A stretch of DNA of 64,000 bases from Desulfatiglandales bacterium (GTDB lineage: Bacteria; Desulfobacterota; DSM-4660; Desulfatiglandales; HGW-15). Below the pieces are notes generated by a model, which had not been told where the DNA came from, did not search any database, and was given only the letters and a program-made list of their open reading frames with translations. Positions 63,801 to 64,000 of this stretch are shown piece after piece. Every line of letters starts with the position of its first letter. The stretch's first letter is position 1. Location of the stretch: NCBI GenBank assembly GCA_963667015.2, contig CAXXJJ010000004.1, positions 3,296,001 through 3,360,000 on the forward strand, read 5' to 3'. A program made the position numbers and the translations under genes.

Positions 63801-64000
63801 TAACTTACGGCTGCAGGTGGTTTGAAAATCCATGTCTGACCGCTGGAACCTGTCTCTGTTGTCGGTGTTGCTGTAAAATATGTACCATTGGGTTTAACAA
63901 GGGTTACCTTATACAGGGGCTTTACCGCTGTGCTGCTTCCTGAAGCGGCTGCAACAGGGTTTATAGTTACCTTAATCTCTTCTCCGGCCTGGCTGGCGGT
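30887..64000 (-). CDS. Giant secreted/surface repeat protein (at least 11,037 aa, N-terminus outside the window): Gly/Ala-rich beta-solenoid stalk, many inserted small beta domains, C-terminal RTX-like repeats
   Basis: One uninterrupted frame. I translated the 99 codons upstream of the ATG at 63703 (TASQAGEEIKV...NISIPK) and found no stop, so the gene starts beyond 64000. Acidic, G/S/T/D/A-rich; GDDxIxGDxG repeats at about 31.8-35.4 kb. Confidence 0.92.
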   Translation of the reverse strand, partial: TASQAGEEIKVTINPVAAASGSSTAVKPLYKVTLVKPNGTYFTATPTTETGSSGQTWIFKPPAAVSYKVRVELLNATRFFGTGTDANSKEAQFNISIPKMTKSDLGYESIQQSFGSATSVGVSDVSSTSIARIDGDVTITGGDLTVEAKTVTGDKSADKYDPQGNQLETDKNNINVTAQLGSKKILLKTGKDSGDQTTRWWRSFANVGQKPTAVSNPGDKKEAPTKGPNLSGAVAVAISHDQADAIIGDNATIVVNDGNMTVNGYAEENIKVNVNAHVNKPSESVSGAAAVFVGDYNNISNAIIGDNAKVDVSGTLKVTANTVIPNQITLDDDWEEFKKKVNGFVDTGSWIEPFTKFSIELPSGSDSEAGVGEQIIQKIMDGTIVVAAQEKITNFTEAMSTGAQNYHAGITDTFGDRSTGTEGSKNTELKELLTFFPKLLENPNFFQKLSTTFVTASSKAGADKNYTDAQAKKSSETQNTTPNSGVDKSVAFSGSVNVFLVTNEANARIGDNAEINQILLSPGQDVIVKADSFVESINMTGLPSLNIVNLLLGRNTIMPTVTPAKTLTPAEKAALTPEQQRALKRKEARRANSALPIVGLPIGAYYTLTDISQRGQGRTAENDLFERLESQLLFPTKSGGSGLGINFQQTTYSNTATATIGDNARVSSQKNVQVEAVTHNLLIDLTAAGGAAEGLLALTGAGTSTDIINTSTATIGDDSVVYARSNINVDADTDNVLVTYTGTTTKGATVGVGVSVTINNIVNDVEASVGDGVGSEPAVTIADGDISFDSIGLTLTRSDIDGDWNDNFRIGDWVRISNLPDADDDGLFKISNLSSTVLTLSEGPKALSLITDPGVTIQKVGRLQADGAKLTMALEDASFVMDFTHDGVEGTDFITRSSGDWETDGFEAGQRVTVTGTASNDDSYIVESVDGSKLYLVNGNFTDETSATGVSVTRYEESNSMAGGLTLNFVVNPSGSDSIVRSAGEWLNDGFYSGQLIIVTGTSGNDDTYIVDYVDGASLFILDTDLSTENGAGGVSVTGYDRVLSVKDKDLELDFVHDPNGVDSIVRNDGGDWEYDGFMAGQKITVTGSLENNDTFEIKSIKGDTIYLADNVELSNEFSVTGVSIESDAGKINVDSKNSSVIVTTSLSGSPLLLKLEDAPASTSPNTQNSNQKKSFSDKALGGQKLGVQEPGKIAFNGTFSLVDIDNLTKAYIDGGFIVDSGTDINVKATDSTYLVNGSTAFAYAGDIGGAANIAINTVNRDTSSEIGNESTDSTGEVFIESDGDVNVNSKNSGGLLSVAMSGVLQQSLDKKPAQQEKATLGSKHSNQMTDQNKAKENTDKTDKDKFPTWMPEMSLSGNVSYNRIDDETIAALYRANIITADITDIEALNDAWIGSWAGSSSITASYYDNSVKTEDPQPDPPEPEKQVNDKILRPVPTVRLLPNKQVWMSFKGKLAYWNGSTATADEGNPDKKVEGGDTDINLTEFFTRPTSASPTTTTKTFTLAVGDYDAHAVGRKKVWFTVTVEGKTYSGTDAEIENAWITDIQKAIKSAISGKKDVSKTVNESTKKTTTAEDTKKPGNEEAPKNQPVIAGAGSVSVVVNNITGDTKAFIDSSVLAIDDSLKVTADTSQVIVGVATSGSIAYTQNNSGFGVAGSATVNIISGLTESSILDSSVSVLPGGKGISVSASDNNIIGTGAGSLSITASTNDKSKSGDSGTASTGNEKSAGTSGNNTKSQAAVSVSPSAAVSIVTSKVHSYVLDSSLVSDGTIAVDAKSNETVISVASGLSGAGANSTKGSFALAGAGSASINVINAEALAYINESDNTAGRSVESREESVTITAADNSLIISNAGSIGISYAKGSEWGVGVALGAAIAVNTGNKNIRSGISGATVKGKKDVSVTAKSDSYIWALTTGGFGAGAKGTEKFAFALAAGAAGSINAVDSKVESYIENGSNVQTTNGNVSVSAEDNSAITANSLIMGVSGAVGKTSAVAVSLGGTFSVNILDKETRAYISSSYVASGGKVDLDALSGGSIWALTIGGVGAGSRAETNFGGALTVAGAGSVNDIESNVETYIGNGSTVNSGAGQDVSLTANDASTILSNSGILGVAVALGNKAGAASIGASISINSVSGYIKSYIDGSDVTASGGIDLNSESNNDIWAMTLAGVGSGGKGKESYGLAFSGAGAGSLNTIERSISSYIKGDTAGLHTIITGNAGDVVINAKDNSLILGNAGVLSVAVGIGGTTGLGGSIGASVIINVVKNSVTAYMSNVDVLSDGGVELEADSNAAIWALAIAGSLGVGVGNSPGQDGGGSSGTGVGVAISGATTINVINNSTAGYIEKSSVESLNNGNITVEAKDSSSIMADAGGISIAVGSGGNTGFGLSIGGSVAVNVVSNETVAKVTDSDLGTIANPAGDIIIDADSASRIWALTIAGSLSVGYGKNRFGGAVGGSVAGSVNVIHNIIDAHISDSATVKGNGVLTLGASDNTGIIANAIGGSIAVGAGSQGLGVAVGGAFAVNNIANKVSSYINGSTIDIDGDLSITSESDSSIWGLAIGAALSVGASSGGGTGASLSIGISVVDNRIGNVTEAYIKNASEILTGGNDVIVKVVDNAAIQAIAVSASIGAAISTGASGGGSGGGGKGGVGAAVSGGGAIAGNYITSSANSYIDNSILGTILNPVGNIDLDSISSSEILAIVPTLSASLSYGSKAGIGVAIGASVARNIIGSRSEELIIDYTSSDNVNSINTGDLVKVTTDGVWEGEVYEYVGSGIERSDYSADAGIFSPEAGDRVWVDLENSGAAAPGVYQYVYNDSQVSLEGEILDFDHDESDDDYDSIKWADNSWAEKGFAAGQRIDITGAGANTGTYTIESVEGETIYLVEDLNSDATGLTGAVVLATGTWDLQITDYQNAAYWTRLSSLDLGGEDFGDKDAWKRADLTKSGSEIQSYVRNSSIHASGDLTADAVASKSINSTVLAGAVALAGGGKLGLALSGAGVYAENNISSDVRAFINGDGSDGIASNSISLVADDSSTINSIAGAASVAGSVGGKAGVSVSIGLSLAFNTVDNQVEAYIANADDGIATIGDVSLYAGSNADNALDFDPDDYGFTFDDLDNASSREVDNPDDPNSDTDDPDDPSDDAVNEETQDTLTDNTILAKLRTALEEHGINLTSGDSVSNEALYTTLYGNQSLVEGDTVKLSGDYANGGVAGSIYRYLGYQDYDSAASSGVSVSSGTIVKDIDTGAFYVFSGSSEEAAAITDMTAVDFGNDEKWNYFDSEDDYFDYQSNNTNVTVKARTIVKDIDSDRYYEFFGTMAEGSAITDLSNIDFKSDEKWQLFNTDLSTEDYSSTGTWEIVSSLGNAKFTTADGNTTLENGDTVKLSFDYSEGGQAGGIYRFHGYQDYFSNQSSSLNIVAGTIVKDIATGYYYEFTGSDVQGDSITDLRTVDFSTDPLWQSYSVNSINLSTEDYSNSARWQLVSGGLKISKLSGDKGWTLIDGSGTTYVLKKNGNSITISESTINSVSAAASLGVGIGLSEGVGVAVSGAGAFSQNVILSDTSTFIRNSSILNSDNVNLSSKSNQSINSAVVAASAAVGGGGSAGVGVSIGAAISRNLIGYQGDYTRESSEVRSYIENSSINATGDLSQTAVADQTINAAVIAGSAAIGAGKLGVAVSGSGVFSENWIGVDVQTSIDGDGNTGISAENILLSATDTSTISVIAAAASLAASFASNVGVAVSIGVSLAHNTISSSVESFIDNSDAINAIGKIDILSTESSRIHAVSAAAALSVAIAQTGVAVSGAGAEAINVILTKTNAYIKDSYILDSSGISITASNDAEIKAVIATASLALAGGSTGVGVSIGVSFAGNIIGWEEILDTEYEYTTGDNPSGLKNGDRVKIESGIKAGNIYEYIGEDVDFYDYTSSDGVRLLEKGSLVKLESGYGEDDPDDNIKGSGTTIYRYLGGDGDFVNLSAQDYTNNDLWESVGSSRLTMQDYGNEDLWRQVNLGEAPIDVQAFILDSGIRADGSVTVKSNSEQSIDAIVVSGAVAASGGSTGFSVSGAGVGAVNLISAKVMSYIDGDGSGENSGIQAGSISLAADDNSTINAITGAATLAAGFGGTGVAISVGLAVAHNGISNEVSSFITRADDSISADTGSVSVEAAEKSSISSVTAAASLSVAIGGTGVAISGAGASATNSILTKTNAYIEESIITTSDPAGNVIISAEDKSSIDAIVAAVAASVGGGGTGVGVAIGASHASNMIGYDLLLGTIPIKDPAQVRAYVDNSTITAAGDIDITAAAEESINSIIAAGAVAIGAGGVGVGVGGSGVAGINMVSTDINAFIDNASDVTGISVDLKAEDISSIMAYGGAAAITGGFGGTGVAVSIGAAIAHNMIDNNVSSYIKESRVESTGTDVTAYALEKSLINSASAAAALGVAIGGVGVSVSGAGAEASNVVLTKTNAYAEGSSIVSAGETSIKAEALSGAPGFNDLVMANEAEANDFAAKLDDASSVDVDNEDTVADEKETDSAADSTFIAELSDLLEDNLIINSGDLAVTLRSEGEQWSVTDRDTGYSYTITRDGNNFTVSMSTISAAVISASAAIAGGGVGVGVSMGISYATNLIGWEIASDTAFDYTTTDEPAVLETGKTVKIEDGVKEDYVYEYIGPTATIYDYTTNDGAKSLNNGDLVKVNAGYDENKGTETGIYKFTGDDNTYLNLGSEDFRNSDRWESIGSAKLAMQDYNNTDFWKQINRVESPAQVQAYMLDSSVNAGGLISLNSFSDQSIDALVVAGSAAATGGGVAVGVAGAGAGALNAINTDVKAFIEGDTAIGSGEIAGIKGSSLSISAEDASRISAVTGAVSLGAAFGGVGVAVSIGTAGAVNEINNDIAAFIYNADDGIVTTDGSGAVSITATESANINSLTAAASLALTVGGVGVSVSGAGAGATNIILTNTSAYIQDSDVYSEGDVLIEAKDVSSINAVVLASTAAIAGGVVGVGVSIGASFAVNIIGSELVDSGAISYVSNSEVTALGSFAQKAVAEETIKSAVMAMSVAIAPGGVGVGVSGTGVQAVNLIFGDVKSTIEAGSTITAGSIDIIAEDTSKIVAFAGSASAGAALGGVGVAVSIGLAFAHNMIENEVTAYILDSSVISTTGNISVEAIERSQVNSLSAAASTAITVAGVAVSVSGAGAEATNVILTKTNAYIEDSTVDSNSDLVLSAESLSAIPDGKTFTVADGNDFASRMDDANSTDDDNSHTPANERNSDIADDNVLIVELSALLAAEGIGNSGDLSVTIRSEGSQWSVIDRKTGDFYNIERNGNDFNVKSPTIASGVVSLSAAAAGGGVGVGVSIGLSFARNLIGWELGIDTPYDYSTTASRNQIVNGDRVKIESGVREGDVYEYIGSENQLPDEGETYVDLRNQDYGNTELWKQVNLVENPAETRAYIVDSDIDADNTVQLTSLSEQSMDAVVASGSAAASVGAIGVSVSGAGAVAINTTHADVKSFIEQIDGVTTVDSGSVDLSAIDKSEISAVTGAASLAAALGPGYGAAGISIGVSIAHNEISNRISSFINNSAVTTTDSSGFVRIHASEEATINALTSAASLAASIGLLTGTSVSGAGAIATNIILTETNAYITGSTVFSAGGVILEASDTSAINAIVGAASAAVTGGAIGYGSSIGSAVARNLIGYDLFDNKTPAQVQTYIDDSTVTAAGGLTQEAETDETIGAIVLSKSAAVSAGLAAVSVSGSGVVAINKISTDVQSFIQDSAIDASSLELLADDSSTITSEAGAASIAASFGGIGVAISLGLAVSENKIENKVKAFVESSTVETDNGDMKVEAREKTNIASRSSAASSSISGSLFSVAVSGGGAIASNSINTTTSGYVNNSVLTLNGNLDVIASDESKMDARTGSAIKAAGLISVASGGSKATGTVASETTAFVNDSDLVAHDINISAITDPKVDVTVYGVNAGTLSVGASSTYVTISPTVKAYLGLGTNSRAVTADNLSITAKQLLLPGDYTGDVKTTGSSGGLIGVIGTKSQIENSSNVLAYIGEDIPVISNTYGDLDVNVTGDIKVYANQDSKQMASAKGKADGLIAEGFNQAYATSNTVTQAYLGRNLNISGGSLDIQAIGTDENYASVQAGSGGLIAGAASTAKTTNNSATGIIIGTDSGSSIDVDNSFKALAQHTSKFSVDSDSKTSAVVGSSGSSITNVVNSNVNVSFGLGVNINAGEIDVDANNVINKTSNGYDVTAGAGGLAGGPAAGSVTTINNGTKISIADGADIEVDGDRFNPGLMTFNSKNVINATDKVKLDSGGAIALAKAKSVILNKNNTNEIIIGDADITSIGDIILSAHSEADVKAQASAKTYGVAGAAQGESLASVHADNNVTVGTNASIDSLGSITLEAGVGNDFSIKANTDLWNKTALPIKTDPQAHGEIVQTNNVSIEEGAYVGASSDVIISAENGNYYANGSGEGTDLYREVLAAIANFFGSIFGADPVSLKIEKDSYRESASAGVQIDGTVRSGRNNIQELIISDTDEQYTPVMLADQGSGMPTLDFETNGVSDDTITRSNGSWLDDGFEDDQYIGIHGSNGNDGVYRIKSVTDTTVTLVETLAADHNADTADVFAVESSIGSDPIVLSGAPALTFSRLNSTITLDSGNWEDDGFQEGQYINVNGTTSNDGTYRILSVDGSSIKITGPKLTNEADIQADVFAQALKANENPANMTLNPVLDYISKQAVITRDDGGSWVDDGFLADKTISINGTDYTVFEVTADELVLLETYDIASGSESGETVTSTIGQTTADMAFVAEQEAANSEIEWTGGDWSGQGFEVGDVIRISGADEADNNTGIGFTIAAIDNSVIELTSGAGIVDDSISSSDITIEKDVSIQNGVLLSFTAEVRDGDDNITANAYISRDSGSWVTDGFVAGQEVTIDGAGANDGIYTIKSVTASDLVLEDNSVLSDGTTDSNGSTFTIGVTISDNVRFTAELFHENAKIINLSGNWSTDYSDAHSITISGADESANNGTYDILSVSGDTITVDGPLSTDSNDGGAQTVAVVTASATTDITYSINNAVIERDDDGSWIVDGFSVGQSIVINGSDLNDGEYIIESVSKTALELREDFDMTLDVTNTNRVTTIQTPAAQVVEITYGKEVFFDRGGSGGQDKIELTDNSDWSDMGFASGQYIRITGSASGNDGFYKIELATGDTLVLATGYDTFTADETYTASQDQNIISIATESIDQATTLTSGTEVALTVSDNRITRTTGDWEAEGFQANQYIVIRGSSENNDGTYRILSIDGMALVLDGSDRIDSDEISTGLEIYATTIKPGSIDDLIYVTDGVDMPTAVQDDLAEAIRQEIEGLEQDLANYGAKDGGKAAVGIQAQIDQLKYQADELGLLDENGSVVGNMLVTYIEVPYIEAKSGNIVITGDSLSGTGTLDAPGDTRITIENHSPYYLRIKDGLNILAEGGSITFNDARIYDNADIQKRNSSGQLAQFNSIYTSKNSADPLIEVRNTYNPPPTGVLSTAPAPNIEIIGATIMNSEGTIRIANKEGSIFIKDDTSGSTTVKSNIQAKTVEISAGKDIIIATDTQHVGGSPESVWSDLAQTNEDSRKFNDNGTAYNNEANWTDSDTAHRAQDGSIIAGNNIFITARLLNINGPIISGDADHTLTIEDTSAVEGGGTLADNIASMRSEASISDRSGWIVLTDSDIEVYYNYETDRLIVDNVSVSGGLIKVTGHIMATDTDGELKVMDGFGNISIDNRSSWGIDVQSIKTGEDEELILTGSQWRVTGTDMIATGDDWITLKNNGSDGSDTITRQNGSWIQDGFHEGQTIRISGSGEGNDGEYTIEIVKDKILTLVSGDSITTEFSDSGSFEVTGSWITISDTGADDTISRSSGSWIDDGFYVGQSIQILNSANGNNGVYVVQTVGDLDLVLAGGDLTAETSTSSSLEIAGNWITFADNDDADTITRNAGSWIEEGYRDGQTITISNSGSNDGEYSVIHVTEKTLELALTAVLTDEINTSKDLEIHGIGNGIEGKVIITDTAYDLDSDPDIYKPLITTYTRIGEEVQITTNDDANVLTGVSSVVDGNTASYQPVSGQRYYWVTGYSETSKLTERWESSSFWGITYAQTQSRSYYNYVDPVPVELEPESNFIDTESDGNTDTGYAYEFQTIGDPVVYTRDWVTTSGWWIFSTKTYHLEKITKVGRINYDYNSVKADYPIAIEFMGYETGSVNITSTSDINLAGIINNLSGSTTITSTNGSINQKEDLALIRSENITLSAVNGTIGNVNSAIRTDLSGGVLAAEANGLVAINEIESKLTIDYAASTAGDVIISSEGGIYAADPDTLIQGDNISLTSITGGIGTSSLNMRIDTNNDSNYDDDSEYDAITAEAYGDIYLNEISGDLRVDSIESLGGDVNITIGSGDLIDVNTIERRDVRTESELANLWDEMNLLTDNGSETQDAYRDLKTNEYHTYWGYRTGGSRRFNTESEVNSSSNVIAFGYDHNFTTGDALLYREIDGQGVSGLADNHTYYVIVVDNTSIMLADSAENATAGQALDLDAAIAEGKASLTHMLAYDPDFRVTISGDERDAYKTELAWDDDRVDLEEEKRTQEFHELHDRYRVLGDTYNPDWEYDTGNSGYDPIFDPSGDVDNDNDTINIGTNLYVTGTGVAYSANGGDAIGYWVDGEYNSLEEGTVYYIIKSDSDPSSVQLAETEEDAANGIYLDLDAGSATGTGHSLSDVNALAIGSSWTEEQLKYSLGSGWLKETTDTETRIEASNIVGNNIILNVSGSLGDYLPEETIIISSGDMSNGGTLIDLSDEDKATLAAAEKEDLISIKSDTETINFGTLHNLESGASVVFGSGGNMGVGGIQGITDGVTYYARVVDEFTIKLFDTEEHATGEDDTGLINITRSEARITHREDIDIQSGGEITEITIYTSDGDMEADGTAIDLTEEETIVINSADPEDVTIIDSAENTIRFGSEHDLSTGAPVNFGDFGTFTISDISGLTDGELYYARVMDEFTIQLFDSEESANGDDDTGLINITRSEIKILQHNDIGAGVDVRAGSDIFLGSEFDVNIISVQAGLDGSASGDIRLKTKGGIYDSPLSEDTDFIGDNLILESGRKGIGTEDDPITMNLSPDSKLTARANQGIFLYEVDGDMYVDTVYSPERIDLRADGSILDAFDGDYLNIRTDILNLFAGVDIGSSGTGSINYIDINLYQDGLLNAYAGRNIYLYETDGDMSVGEIISSTGNVELVAMASIIDREDEIQADITGNNITLEAIYGAIGISGNDLDINSAFSGDGYLTTSSALNTYLTETDGDLGINQASTGFEYTAFIGSGASILNARLDDEDNIVSGAAWLFADQDVGADGKAIRTAIGNLEGRSVHGSIWLINQGHLIVGGVTEAEGIGAADEIELTSNSPMNIDENIEAVNNITLTSADNSDNDNMVVEAGVSITSTSGSIAMRSGDNLIINENAVIQAAGTVELSVDYGNNDTEGGILEIIGLVTGTSVQVYGNSDDDIIPLTYTVSPTSIEAGAGDDIVYLGSNATPGSNINGNVQNILEFIDIDGGAGSDSLYLDITGDIDGITGTVTENSITGFNMGADGWIQYIRIENLNLGLGSGDDVLNIQGTPVGNITNLNTGAGDDVINISSDSPTNSGDLDAINGTVNLDAGAGSNILNVSDAGSAVADTNVTITDSSISGLATADINYAATSGSFEGGINIIFGTGSDIITVESVRSETLTTLNGNAGDDTITLEETVIDGRLEIHGDTGADEVDASAVPEGAELVIIGEAGADTLTGGQGNDVIFGDEAVITRDADYTITRIESNASGVGGNDVITGNEGDDIVVGGFGSDSITTGTGIDIVIGDNGSIEITSGIVTAIESTDADDSTTGDDTIDAGAGDNYVIAGGGSDSVTTEGGDDYVIGDHGTMTFTDVGVLTQIVTKLDNYGSDDALNLGDGNNIAIGGQGSDTIITGTGYDALLGDSGVINRDESGVITGIESSSPGEGGNDTITSGDGINYIVAGTGDDTVTSGTGDDIVIGDNGIIEITSGIVTAIESTDADDSTTGDDTIDAGSGDNYVIAGGGSDSVTSEGGDDYVTGDHGTMTFTDVGVLTQIATMLDIYGSDDTLNLGNGNNIAIGGQGSDTIITDTGNDAILGDSGAINRDETGVITGIESTDADDSTIGNDTINAGSGDNYVIAGGGSDSVTTEGGDDYVIGDHGTMTFTDVGVLTQIATMLDNYGSDDTLSLGDGNNIAIGGQGVDTIITGTGNDTLLGDSGVIDRDETGDIIGIESSSPEEGGNDTITSGDGINYIVAGTGDDTVTSGTGDDIVIGDNGSIEITSGIVTFIESTDADDSTTGDDTIDAGSGDNYVIAGGGSDSVTSEGGDDYVIGDHGTMTFTDVGVLTQIATMLDNYGSDDTLNLGDGNNIAIGGQGRDSLTTGGNDDIILGDSGFTVFDTGGLLTNVATKSPASGGDDIIVSGDGDDIIFGGTGSDYIDIDPATDAPVGAGEGNDLIGGDNGYASLDVGGGQSVLTVFESTDPEFGGDDNIYSGSGNDIITGGTGSDKITSGSGNDTVLGDNGVITLVDGNISDMTPADSVAYASGDDQIETGDGNDIVIAGIGSDTIDSGNGDDIVIGDLARILLEEGLPAQIISIQTQLGGQDEIFGGDGFDILSGGEYSDRISGGDGIDILIGDNGFIDFTDGKPSFVETRPSSLGDADYLDGGEDSDIIIGGEGRDTVIGEFPTDVIIGKYGRVIMENYSVTRVYPSPDQIPGNPFYSPETRSTEQSPPLELDRSSFMAAGVEVITSGPVLSGASEISNNHNAFYMPVVEDGDTKAGSGNIKTETLPDGSIEKTYPNGMIEVIKTDGTVITRLPDGRERIEDPDGVITIIYPNGMKTIKYPDGSSITTYPDGRVIKVLPDGMVINSSAENEGAELRLNKLLLNARRNTDGLFDMDENDNLFRDLKSEDNSDRIPQKINIGTIIAGLSGWGIYSSGKSDNGNLLSRDSFQKLDRKNKLRRFIKWSNGRLEKRAAKEFTFLKKKDLN
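32730..34455 (-). repeat. Near-identical intragenic tandem repeat block (A-B-C modules of about 57-60 aa)
   Basis: CCATGATCACC (encoding GDHG) at 32850, 33375, 33729 and 34254; spacings 525, 354 and 525 bp. Confidence 0.9.

Noticed and set aside
30998..63803. Many plus-strand ORFs of 60-250 aa opposite the giant gene
   Set aside because: Antisense shadows of a long biased reading frame; no recognisable motifs
1..64000. rRNA, tRNA, prophage or defence-system genes
   Set aside because: None recognised; coding density leaves little room, though small ncRNAs in the 11.3-11.65 kb and 21.2-21.4 kb gaps cannot be excluded by eye

Overview
Bacterial chromosome segment, probably from an anaerobic Gram-negative deltaproteobacterium (Desulfobacterota-like, inferred from gene content). 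Bases 1-21,200 are mostly housekeeping and metabolic genes: a lipid A operon (lpxD-fabZ-lpxA-lpxI[frameshifted]-GnnA-like oxidoreductase-lpxB), an NtrX-like regulator, exbD, engB, an aminotransferase, hisG, hisI, redox enzymes, a hemerythrin and a run of small accessory genes. Bases 21,400-64,000 are one minus-strand locus that looks like a non-canonical protein export system. It encodes a giant secreted-type protein of at least 11,037 aa whose frame stays open past the window edge, a DUF3467 protein, a GAF-HlyD fusion, a PqqD/RRE-like + M50 peptidase + HlyD fusion, a truncated SecA-like ATPase and a third HlyD-type adaptor. No ABC transporter or TolC is present in the window. The locus is interrupted by an IS1380-family element nested inside a ~301-bp MITE with the same ends, each with its own 5-bp target duplication. 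The giant protein has a beta-solenoid stalk with nested inserted domains, a recently expanded RTX-like repeat block and a 9x9-residue PDG beta-meander near its C-terminus. Family assignments come from motif recognition by eye; no database searches were run.
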